The notes below the pieces were generated by a model. That model made no database searches. It had not been told where the DNA came from and was given only the letters and a program-made list of their open reading frames with translations. A stretch of 64,000 bases of DNA from a virus. The stretch's first letter is position 1; each line of letters opens with the position of its first letter. Below are positions 9,924 to 18,318 of the stretch, piece after piece. Made by a program: the position numbers and the translations under genes. The stretch spans positions 1 through 64,000 of IMG/VR virus record IMGVR_UViG_3300020167_000001; one strand, written 5' to 3'.

Positions 9924-9949
9924 GTTTTTTATTTTTTAAGTTATTATTT

Positions 9950-10294
9950 TTAAATTTTAATTTGGCTACTGGTACTAACACAACCCTTACTCAATTTTAA
10001 ATTAGTTATTGTAATTTTAGGCAATAAACTATTCATTGCTAACTCAAATGCTTTTTCATCTCTAAAATTTTCAAACGATTTAGGATTGATCAATGTTTTA
10101 AATGCTGTTTCAAGTACATCACAAAACCATTGAGCTTCTTCTTTGGTATCTCTTTCAGCAACAGTAAAATCTTGATTTCCTATTGTAAAACCAGCTTGGT
10201 ACACATTGCCATGTTTTGATGAAAATATAACTACAGTATTATCTTGTGTAGGCATATGTTTACATCTAATTGCTTTTATTGGTTTTTTTGCCAT
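9950..10294 (-). CDS. hypothetical protein
   Basis: 114-aa ORF. Confidence 0.6.
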   Translation of the reverse strand: MAKKPIKAIRCKHMPTQDNTVVIFSSKHGNVYQAGFTIGNQDFTVAERDTKEEAQWFCDVLETAFKTLINPKSFENFRDEKAFELAMNSLLPKITITNLKLSKGCVSTSSQIKI

Positions 10295-10372
10295 TGTTAT
10301 TTGTATTTAAATAAGACCCAGTCTAAGCTTTGTCAAGTTCTGCCAATTAAGGAATAGACACTGGGTGAGCTT

Positions 10373-10699
10373 TTAATATAAATCTTCTGAAAATAATCCT
10401 AATCTAGGATTACCTTCACCTGTAATAATTTGATTAGCAGCTTTTGCAATCATTAGAGCTTCTAATCTTGTTACAAACCTGTTAGTATTAGTAATAAAGC
10501 CTTGTTCTTCAGTTCTAACTATTTTTAAAGCTTCTTCTGAATAAGGGAATCCTAATATTTTAGAATTAATATGAATACAATTATGGTGTCTTCTACCACA
10601 AACTACATATCCTTCTGTAATATTAATAACATTAATGCTATCTGTACTACCATCATTATAATAATTAGCAGCACATAATATAAATTCTGATTTTGACAT
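10373..10699 (-). CDS. conserved phage hypothetical protein
   Basis: CGRRHHNC ... QGFITNTNRFVTR ... LFSEDLY pattern, common in phage accessory regions. Confidence 0.7.
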   Translation of the reverse strand: MSKSEFILCAANYYNDGSTDSINVINITEGYVVCGRRHHNCIHINSKILGFPYSEEALKIVRTEEQGFITNTNRFVTRLEALMIAKAANQIITGEGNPRLGLFSEDLY

Positions 10700-10727
10700 A
10701 ATATGTGTTTTAATAATTAATAATTAG

Positions 10728-10855
10728 TACCAAGAAGAAGATTTGAACTCCTGACCTTTCCAGTTTTGGCCTATACAGCTACTCAAAAACTAAGTCTTAA
10801 ATTAGTTAAAACTGTACCCAAAGTAGAATGCTCTACCGGACTGAGCTATCTTGGT
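10728..10855 (-). tRNA. tRNA-like element with a 54-nt insertion in the anticodon arm (identity unresolved)
   Basis: acceptor ACCAAGA/TCTTGGT, D-arm GCTC-AGTCCGGTA-GAGC, anticodon stem TTCTA/TGGAA, variable AGGTC, T-arm AGGAG-TTCAAAT-CTTCT; 61 nt instead of 7 between the anticodon-stem strands; no encoded CCA. Confidence 0.7.
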
Positions 10856-10955
10856 GTAAAGGTAAATTGTACTGAGGCTCTTAACTAGTCAGCACAGTTG
10901 ATACAACAATTTAAGAGTAATATCCATATCAACTTTATTTACCTTATGATTTAAA

Positions 10956-11129
10956 TCACTTAATAGTATCTGAATTATGACCTAACTCAGCTTTTCTTAA
11001 GTCATATGCATTTTTCAAGAACTCTGGATGAGTTCTAGCATATTCTGCTTCTTCTATGGCCGGGATTGATATGACAAATATCATAAGTCCTGATATGACC
11101 AGTAATAATATAATGGCTGTTGCTCTCAT
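10956..11129 (-). CDS. small signal-anchor protein (not in ORF track)
   Basis: MRATAIIILLVISGLMIFVISIPAIEEAEY...; ATGA overlap with the 11126 gene stop. Confidence 0.55.
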   Translation of the reverse strand: MRATAIILLLVISGLMIFVISIPAIEEAEYARTHPEFLKNAYDLRKAELGHNSDTIK

Positions 11130-11488
11130 GTGAATAAATAATAGATGAATAATGAGTAAATTATTAAGGGTACAATGATAAACAATATTACTAATATTGC
11201 CACATGGTCAATCCCCCATCTATTAAAATATCTTGAAAAGTTTACTATCTTCTCGGAGACAGTATCAAAAAATGTATCATGGTTTACTACACTGAGCAAT
11301 AAGCCTAATACTCCTAGAAATGTTAACTCAATAAGTGGTGTTCCAAATATTACATCTAACAATGTGCACCAGGAGAATGGGATTATGACAAACCAAATGG
11401 TAAACTCTATAATTTCAAGAGGTAATCCGGTTTCCCTACCGAGAAAATTAATCATAGTAACAATCTTGCTAAATATAAATCTGAACAT
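11126..11488 (-). CDS. membrane protein
   Basis: 120 aa, three hydrophobic segments. Confidence 0.6.
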   Translation of the reverse strand: MFRFIFSKIVTMINFLGRETGLPLEIIEFTIWFVIIPFSWCTLLDVIFGTPLIELTFLGVLGLLLSVVNHDTFFDTVSEKIVNFSRYFNRWGIDHVAILVILFIIVPLIIYSLFIYYLFT

Positions 11489-11519
11489 AATTATTAAAGT
11501 TTAAATGTTAATAAATAAG

Positions 11520-12090
11520 GATTAGAGCTATCAATCCTGCACTACATGTTTCCAGGCTCGCTTACCAAAAGATAAAGCAACATGTTTATGGTTACGACTA
11601 GACTCACTATCATACCGACCTGTAACCGTGGTGATCACTATTCTTAAAGTCAGGTGTCTCTGACATTCCCTCTGCATTCATTGTAATACTACAAGTGTCT
11701 ACTCCAATTAAGAACATTCTAGTCTGTTAAGATATATAATGTATGGTAAACGTCCTGGTTCTTACAATGCCACCCTTGGGAGCTGATTAAACAGTAGTGA
11801 TATTACTCACACTCATAGTTAATCAGGTAGTTTTACATTTTATTCCTGCTTTGGAGACTAAGCATCCTATGGTTGGGTCAACAAAATGTCTGTACACTAC
11901 GTGGTTGTGATGCATTAATATGAGTAGATATTTATATGCCAGTTAGCTAGCTCTGGACTTATTGTTCAACCTACTCAATATTGTATAAAATCACTTGTCC
12001 AATTCTAGTGGAATAATATTAAGCAGCTCACCTTTTGAGGAGCACTTTCACGGAATCACACCGTGCATCTTAATAGACCCCTACAATAAA
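11520..12090 (-). ncRNA. candidate structured non-coding block
   Basis: about 570 bp with no ORF of 60 aa or more, GC above background, hairpins such as CTGATTAA..TTAATCAG, GCTC..GAGC and CACGG..CCGTG. Confidence 0.35.
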
Positions 12091-12394
12091 CACAACTGTC
12101 TAGTAACAGTTTAATAATTTAGCAATGTTATTGTATTACATAAATGTAAGTTCTGTTAATTCAGTTCTCATTCAATTATTGTTTATCTTCAAGCAAGTGA
12201 TTTTAATGTGTTATTTTAAACCTAGTTTTTTCTTAATACTTGGTTTTTTTAATTCAGTAGTTGTGTAATGGATTTTATCTTTACATGGTTTACCACATGT
12301 ACAATATGCTGTTCCTCCATTAAATGTTTCACATATACTTCTAAGCATTGCAATATGTTTTTCCATATTATTTAGTTTTAATTAGTTAAAAATG

Positions 12395-12482
12395 TCCTGC
12401 TGAGTTTATCCGACTACTCACCTATACACCTGTTTTCAGGCATAGCCAGATTTGAACTGACGCTAGCGTTTACTGCACAGGA
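12395..12482 (-). ncRNA. small multi-stem RNA with a tRNA-like T-arm
   Basis: minus strand: TCCTG..CAGGA closing stem, GTCAG-TTCAAAT-CTGGC T-arm, TATGCCTG-AAAA-CAGGTGTA and TGAGT..ACTCA hairpins. Confidence 0.4.
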
Positions 12483-12498
12483 TTCTATCTTTAATTTG

Positions 12499-13107
12499 TT
12501 ATTTCTTTGTTGGTGGATTATATCTTGCTTTAAACCAATTTAATAATTGGTTTGGTATAATATGATCATCCATTAAATTTGTATAATCTTTAGATACATC
12601 ATCCCAACTTTCTTCTTTCTTAATAGGAAATAGTTTGATGTTTGGAAACCAAGTTATACCATATATTCTTTCTTCATCAATACCTTCAGTATATCCTATT
12701 ACCTCACATTTAATAAATACAGAATCACCATCTTTTAATTTACTATCTATAATAGCTTGTAAATGTTTAGGTGAGAAATGTTCAGGAAGAGCTAGGATTT
12801 TATGTCTACCTAATAAAGAACAATCATCTAACCATTGAAAAATTCTATATTTATCTGTGATATAATCACCAACTCCAATATCTTCTGTTTCAGATATGAT
12901 TAGTGGTTTATAGTAATTCATAGCAATAGCAGGATCTTTCCAATCATTTGTATATAAACCATCAGGGAATTTACGCTGCTTGTTTATACATAGTGACGCT
13001 TTCATATCACTACTATCAGTTTTAATCAATACTAATTTACCTTTACATACAGTATGTTCACCTTGTGAATCTGTATATTGTTCTGTTTGTTTAACTTTAG
13101 TTGTCAT
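12499..13107 (-). CDS. hypothetical protein
   Basis: 202-aa ORF. Confidence 0.7.
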   Translation of the reverse strand: MTTKVKQTEQYTDSQGEHTVCKGKLVLIKTDSSDMKASLCINKQRKFPDGLYTNDWKDPAIAMNYYKPLIISETEDIGVGDYITDKYRIFQWLDDCSLLGRHKILALPEHFSPKHLQAIIDSKLKDGDSVFIKCEVIGYTEGIDEERIYGITWFPNIKLFPIKKEESWDDVSKDYTNLMDDHIIPNQLLNWFKARYNPPTKK

Positions 13108-13295
13108 AGACTTACTGTATTAATTGGTTAATAATTTAATTAGTTAATCTATCCCAATACCCACAAACACAAATAACTAGAGGCTGGCAAATCGCGAAGC
13201 TTTACTTATAACTTTATGATTTATAGTGGAATACTGGGATAGATGGGACAATATTATTTGCTTCTACCATTCTTTGCCTTCTCATGACTTTAAAG

Positions 13296-13697
13296 TTAAA
13301 GATTAATTTTAATATTCATTTCTTTTTCCAACATATCCAACGCATTCTGAAAATCATGCACAGTTCTTGAATGGCATATGTAATAGATTGTAGCTGATCC
13401 TTCAGATTCTAATACAAATGGAAATTTATCTCCATGATTAGCCACATCATAATGTGATTCATCATGAATGTATCTGATTTCACCGTTATCTCGCACTGTC
13501 TTAACCCAATTATTACTCAAAAGGATTTCTTCAGTTAAAGGTATTGGTCGAACATGTATACCTTTTAGCCAAGTTGTAACACCCGAAAATTGGAAATATC
13601 CACAATCAGGTCTCAATCTATTACTAATACCTTCAATTTGTTTAGGTTCTCCTAGAAAGAGTACCCAGTTTCCAGGTTTATAATCTTCTGGTTTCAT
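13296..13697 (-). CDS. conserved Bacteroidota-phage hypothetical protein
   Basis: GNWV ... RPIPLTEEILL ... VHDFQN pattern. Confidence 0.65.
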   Translation of the reverse strand: MKPEDYKPGNWVLFLGEPKQIEGISNRLRPDCGYFQFSGVTTWLKGIHVRPIPLTEEILLSNNWVKTVRDNGEIRYIHDESHYDVANHGDKFPFVLESEGSATIYYICHSRTVHDFQNALDMLEKEMNIKINL

Positions 13698-13777
13698 TGG
13701 TTAATATTTTAAAGGTTAGTAAATTTACTGCAAACTGCAAAGCCATATATGTGCCTTGCAGTTGCAGTCATTTTTAA

Positions 13778-14479
13778 TTATTTGTACAATTCATGAAATG
13801 CATTGGTCATAAGCATAGTATCATGAGTAATAAGAAAGTTCTTTTTGGCCTTAGCTGCCAATTGCATAAACTTTTTATGATCATAATTCTTTGTATTTCT
13901 TGAGAAAGTGATATAACTCAGCATGAATTTAGAATTATTGGTATCATACAATGAAGTAATGTCCACTAAATTCTTAGTCATTTCATCAATATCGGTGCAG
14001 TTTATCTTAAACTTACCACATTTGATGAATCCAGATGTACCACTTAATATTTTTGCAGATACACTGAAGTTAAATCCTGTTGCTAAGTGATGGACTTTAA
14101 GTTGTCGATAATCTTCTTTACCAGGCATGGCACAATAAGCATTAACATAATCATCAATCTTCCATACTGAATTGGTATTATTAAGAATAGCCATGGTATT
14201 AATGATTCTACTAATATCATTATCTTCTATAACAATACAATCAGTTATCTTATGGTCAGCTTTATTTAAGGCAGCTATTAAATGCTGGCCATCAATAATA
14301 TAGTCACCTTTTTTACCAAAGATGCTAGTTCTGACTACAACAGGTACTCTTAATATACCGTATTGTATCATTGAATTTAACATTTGTGTCACATGTTTTA
14401 GATTGACACTTCTGTTAAAGTTAATTTGATTAAGAGTAGCTAATGCTAATCTTTCAATAGTTGGATTTAATAGTTTCAT
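13778..14479 (-). CDS. ParB/Srx N-terminal-like domain protein
   Basis: NRSVNLKHVTQMLNSMIQYG..PVVV..YIIDGQHL resembles the ParB-N/DGQHR fold, with Leu at the usual Arg. Confidence 0.65.
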   Translation of the reverse strand: MKLLNPTIERLALATLNQINFNRSVNLKHVTQMLNSMIQYGILRVPVVVRTSIFGKKGDYIIDGQHLIAALNKADHKITDCIVIEDNDISRIINTMAILNNTNSVWKIDDYVNAYCAMPGKEDYRQLKVHHLATGFNFSVSAKILSGTSGFIKCGKFKINCTDIDEMTKNLVDITSLYDTNNSKFMLSYITFSRNTKNYDHKKFMQLAAKAKKNFLITHDTMLMTNAFHELYK

Positions 14480-15053
14480 TTGTTTTAGGGTTTAGAGAGT
14501 TGATTAACTTAAATATATATGTTTTGAAATTTAAAGGTCGCGGTCTCTCTCCTATTGCATCTCTAATACTAAGTCATACCCTTAATAGGAATAATCATAG
14601 TAATAGAGAACATCAATAAGAAGAAGTACTTATGTATATGAATAGGATAAGAGTGACGTATAAAGGTATTGCTTTAGCTATATTAACCCGTGCTCAGACC
14701 TAATAGGGCCTAAAGAGCTTTAAGTCAACCTAATAGAGTTGAGGGATGGTTGGCACCCTCAACCAGCCTCCCTCTTTCTTCTTCATAATCAACAAGTTAG
14801 CATTATATCTTTATACTTTAGTAATACATATATATATGTATGGTATCAACTTCACATTTTTCACTGTGTCAAAACAGCTCTTTCCCAGTAAACACTGGTA
14901 TTCACTCGGTGGACAAACCTCATTTTAAGGTTAAATATTAAGAAAATTAATTAAGATAATATGGCCACTGTATTATAACAGGATATGACTGATGGCCAAG
15001 TAGTTAAACAATTGTGCATACACAGAAAGACATTTTAAAAAACAAAGCATTAT

Positions 15054-15090
15054 AAAAAAACAACAGTAGCTATTACACTACTGTTGTTTT
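15054..15090. terminator. intrinsic terminator (bidirectional geometry)
   Basis: AAAAAAACAACAGTAG-CTATTACA-CTACTGTTGTTTT just after the 15097 gene. Confidence 0.7.
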
Positions 15091-15096
15091 ATTATA

Positions 15097-15546
15097 CTAA
15101 CCTAATTCATCAATAGGTTTAGCTGTTGCTTTAGCTTGCAACTCAGCAATGTTCTTGCTACGGTTGTTTGCTAATACACGAGCATAAGCTTTCATCTCCT
15201 CAATCTTTTGAGAAGCATAGATAGCTTTAGTAGTTGAGTCACTACCTGCAATTAACTCGTCTAATAACTTAGACTCTGCATTGTCTGTGAACCAATACAC
15301 TTCTCCTTGTGGAGATGTTGCACGTTCAAGAGTTGCAGTTGCACCATACTTAGCTGAAGCCGAGCTAGTTACATGAAATAAAGGATTACCTTTATCATCT
15401 TCACTAACTATACCTTGTGCTAATTGGTCTGCACGGTATTCTGCTACAGCTTCAGGAGAACCTGTTACTACATAAGATACCATTGGTGTTCCTGTGTTCT
15501 TACTTTTGTAAGGATTAGGATTGCTGATTGTTACTGTGTTTTTCAT
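15097..15546 (-). CDS. hypothetical early protein
   Basis: 149-aa ORF lying between a promoter-like motif and a terminator. Confidence 0.75.
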   Translation of the reverse strand: MKNTVTISNPNPYKSKNTGTPMVSYVVTGSPEAVAEYRADQLAQGIVSEDDKGNPLFHVTSSASAKYGATATLERATSPQGEVYWFTDNAESKLLDELIAGSDSTTKAIYASQKIEEMKAYARVLANNRSKNIAELQAKATAKPIDELG

Positions 15547-15598
15547 CTGTTTTGGGTTTTAAATTGTTTTTATAAATTATTAACTACAGGAGACATTA

Positions 15599-15622
15599 TG
15601 AGATACAAAAATTAGAAAGGCT
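15599..15622 (-). promoter_or_regulatory. putative phage early promoter motif, copy 1
   Basis: TGAGATACAAAAATTAGAAAGGCT; near-identical at 15917, related copies at 16179 and 16373. Confidence 0.55.
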
Positions 15623-15732
15623 GATACTAAAGATTGAAAGAGTGCACTAGGAAGACAAATCTTAAAGTCACCGTTTCTCTACAGCCCTACAGTGCTAGAA
15701 AAGAAAAGCCTTAATAGGCTCTTTCTTTAAGA

Positions 15733-15748
15733 TGTTTCACGTGGAACA
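15733..15748. promoter_or_regulatory. parS: parS palindrome
   Basis: TGTTTCACGTGGAACA; reverse complement TGTTCCACGTGAAACA fits the chromosomal parS consensus TGTTNCACGTGAAACA with no mismatch; intergenic. Confidence 0.8.
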
Positions 15749-15749
15749 T

Positions 15750-15893
15750 TTAGTTAGGCAACTCGCCCTTTAAATCTTCCATTGTGATTATTCTACAATC
15801 ATTGGTAATAACCAAGTCTCTTGTAGATAAAGTTGCAACCATTGGTTTAGGTGCAGGAGCTTGCATGAAGCTGAAGGCATTTGCTGTTTTCAT
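15750..15893 (-). CDS. small early protein (not in ORF track)
   Basis: MKTANAFSFMQAPAPKPMVATLSTRDLVITNDCRIITMEDLKGELPN*, directly downstream of motif copy 2. Confidence 0.55.
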   Translation of the reverse strand: MKTANAFSFMQAPAPKPMVATLSTRDLVITNDCRIITMEDLKGELPN

Positions 15894-15916
15894 ATTTCCT
15901 AATTTAAAGAACATAC

Positions 15917-15939
15917 TGAGATACAAAATAAGAAAGGCT
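15917..15939 (-). promoter_or_regulatory. putative phage early promoter motif, copy 2
   Basis: TGAGATACAAAATAAGAAAGGCT. Confidence 0.55.
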
Positions 15940-15958
15940 TCAATTAGAAAAGCATAAC

Positions 15959-16159
15959 CTAATCTGGGATTAGGCTATACATTTCACTCTCAATCTCTTG
16001 AGTTGTCATCATCACACCATCAATATGTTTGTCACCAACAGTCCTTGACTTATCATTGGTTAGTTCCCATACATGATGTAATGCTTGAAGCTTTGTGGGA
16101 AATTCCTTTACTATCTCCTTCTCCCAATTGGTAGATAGTCTGTATCTTGCTGTTATCAT
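15959..16159 (-). CDS. small early protein
   Basis: 66-aa ORF directly downstream of motif copy 3 (16179). Confidence 0.6.
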   Translation of the reverse strand: MITARYRLSTNWEKEIVKEFPTKLQALHHVWELTNDKSRTVGDKHIDGVMMTTQEIESEMYSLIPD

Positions 16160-16438
16160 GATGATTTAAGGAAGATAGTGAGATATAAAAAAAGAGAGAG
16201 CCAAATAGGCTCGATCTCTTACATACCACAAAGGGCAAATATGCATATATCCATGATAGCAATTTGGATGATAGCTAATGCTTTCTTTGTTGTAGTCCAG
16301 TCACTTGCATCTGATGCAGCAACATTGAATGATAATAATAATGATAACATAAGTATAAGTTAATGAACATGATGAGATACTTTCTTCTTGTAAAACTTTT
16401 TCTTTTTCTCCAGGAATTCAAGACTCAGAATTTGAAGA

Positions 16439-16495
16439 CCCCCGGGGTAGGGGGTAACTTGATGAAGCCGGGGGGTGTTTTATAGAGGACCCCTC
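16439..16495. other. G/C-run element at the strand switch
   Basis: CCCCCGGGGTAGGGGG..CCGGGGGG in an AT-rich background, between the divergent gene arms. Confidence 0.5.
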
Positions 16496-16535
16496 ACACT
16501 CTCTAATCCATATAAAAAAAATTTACCCAAAAATT

Positions 16536-16565
16536 TTGTGGATATGATTATATAGTTTATCTTTG
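16536..16565 (+). promoter_or_regulatory. Bacteroidota sigma70-type promoter
   Basis: TTG-N19-TATCTTTG (-33/-7 consensus TTG..TAnnTTTG). Confidence 0.55.
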
Positions 16566-16626
16566 TCTTGTTGTTCTGCTACAATATTTTTTTTCTAACT
16601 TTTTTTAAGTTTAACTACAAGCAATT

Positions 16627-16653
16627 AACCCCTGAGTCCATCGGGGGTTTTTT
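16627..16653 (+). terminator. intrinsic terminator
   Basis: AACCCCTGA-GTCCA-TCGGGGGTTTTTT. Confidence 0.65.
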
Positions 16654-16675
16654 GTTATAGTATATATATGTATAT

Positions 16676-16984
16676 TTGTTTAAAAATTTAAGTATGATTA
16701 CTGAAAAACAAGGTATCTTAGATATTGGTGGTACCATTCTTAGCACAGGTTTACCAGATGTCAACATACAATTATCAAGTTATAGTTTTTATAATGTTCT
16801 GGCGTATACGATAACTGTTGAAAAATATGAAGCTGAAACTGCTTCTACTATTACATTAGGAGTCTACTCTAAATTGGCCGGTGAAACTTTTGAGTTAGGT
16901 CGGTCAAATGTTTTGAAAGAAGGCGATTATATTAAAGTCACACCTTCTATTGCTGGAACTAGTTATATATTTTTAGAGATTTAA
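16676..16984 (+). CDS. hypothetical beta-rich protein
   Basis: ORF of up to 102 aa; likely start at the MITEK Met. Confidence 0.6.
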   Translation: MFKNLSMITEKQGILDIGGTILSTGLPDVNIQLSSYSFYNVLAYTITVEKYEAETASTITLGVYSKLAGETFELGRSNVLKEGDYIKVTPSIAGTSYIFLEI

Positions 16985-16999
16985 TTTGTATAATTATAC

Positions 17000-17632
17000 A
17001 TGAAGGTAAGTGTGCATACGGTGATAAAGAATGAAGAAGAAATTCTTCCTTTTTATATTCATCATTACAAGACTAATTTTCCAGATTGTATCATACATAT
17101 ATATGATAATAATTCTACAGATAGAAGCCTTGAAATTTGTGAAGCTGCCGGCTGTATAATTGAACATTTTCCTACCTACTCTGAAGAGCTACTAAGAGAA
17201 CATAAAAATAATTGCTGGAAGAATTCAAACTCAGATTGGGTAATTGTTTGTGATGTTGATGAACTTATCAAAATAACTCTTGAAGATTTAAAGAATCTTG
17301 TAGGAGTAGATGTTGTTAAGTTCAAGGGATACAGCATGGTCCTTGTTGGTGATGAAAAATCTTATGAAGATATGAAGCATGGATGTGCTTCTCATCCATA
17401 TGATAAATGTTGTTTATTTAGAGGAAATATCGCGGATATAAATTATGGTATTGGTGCTCATCATTGTGAGCCTGACCCTAACTTGGTTATTTCGAAATAT
17501 GAATATGACTTATTTCACTATAAAAAAGCTTGGTTTAATGAAGAAAATTACAAGAGGTATCATCATATGAAAGAATTACCTTTTCCTACCATGTATAAAG
17601 ACTTCATGGGGGAAATAAAAAAACTAAAATAA
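17000..17632 (+). CDS. glycosyltransferase family 2-like protein
   Basis: VIKNEEEILPFYIHHY, YDNNSTDRS, WVIVCDVDE (DxD motif). Confidence 0.85.
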   Translation: MKVSVHTVIKNEEEILPFYIHHYKTNFPDCIIHIYDNNSTDRSLEICEAAGCIIEHFPTYSEELLREHKNNCWKNSNSDWVIVCDVDELIKITLEDLKNLVGVDVVKFKGYSMVLVGDEKSYEDMKHGCASHPYDKCCLFRGNIADINYGIGAHHCEPDPNLVISKYEYDLFHYKKAWFNEENYKRYHHMKELPFPTMYKDFMGEIKKLK

Positions 17633-17635
17633 TAG

Positions 17636-17666
17636 TTGTATATTTACCTAATAATTAGTATATTGA
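17636..17666 (+). promoter_or_regulatory. late-region promoter TTG-N20-TATATT
   Basis: same 20-nt spacing at 20127, 25342, 27454, 44394, 50006 and 62960. Confidence 0.55.
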
Positions 17667-17669
17667 GTC

Positions 17670-18308
17670 ATGGATGTAGTAAACTTTGATTACTTAGTAA
17701 ATGCTGGACGCATTCTTTTATACAAAGATGTTGACCTTCAAGAGGATTATATCATCTTAGGTAAGCATGATCCTAGACGTAGAGAATTTAAAGCAACTGA
17801 TTATCCACTATGGGCCATCCCTGCCAGTGAGGTTTTTGGATACAATGAGATTCAAGATGAATCAATTCCCCTACCTCACAGACAAATCATGGATTTTCAA
17901 GGAGCAGGAGTTACTGCTACAGATGATCCTATAAATAAAAAGACTATAATTACAATCCCTGGTGGGAACAGTGTTGGTCCAGCTATTATAACTCTAGATC
18001 CTTTAGTACTTAATCATACAATTACAACTAACGCGAGATACACTATTGTAAATTTCAGTGGGCCTTTAAGTGGAAGTTATTCTTTTGGTGCCGTAACTAC
18101 AACAACTCAAATTGGAGATATACTAGTAATCATGACAACTTCTGATTTACTAGCAGTATTAGTAGACATGGCATTCAGTGTACCTAAATATTATTTATGG
18201 GGATGCTCGGCCGCAGTCAACTCTATAGATATAACAAGCCAAGAAAGAAGAGCCCTTCACTTTATCTTTGATGGTACTAAATGGGTAAGTACATACAATA
18301 ATTGCTAA
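17670..18308 (+). CDS. putative virion fibre/accessory structural protein
   Basis: N-terminus related to the 18319 ORF (YPLWAIPASE vs YPSYAMPISE); DFQGAGVTATDD fibre-like motif. Confidence 0.6.
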   Translation: MDVVNFDYLVNAGRILLYKDVDLQEDYIILGKHDPRRREFKATDYPLWAIPASEVFGYNEIQDESIPLPHRQIMDFQGAGVTATDDPINKKTIITIPGGNSVGPAIITLDPLVLNHTITTNARYTIVNFSGPLSGSYSFGAVTTTTQIGDILVIMTTSDLLAVLVDMAFSVPKYYLWGCSAAVNSIDITSQERRALHFIFDGTKWVSTYNNC

Positions 18309-18318
18309 TACATAAAAC

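Noticed and set aside
6938-10798. Shared 14-mer AAAAACTAAGTCTT in the 6.9-kb structured block and in the tRNA insert
   Set aside because: An AT-rich 14-mer match is expected by chance in 64 kb of this composition; noted only because both copies lie in candidate RNAs
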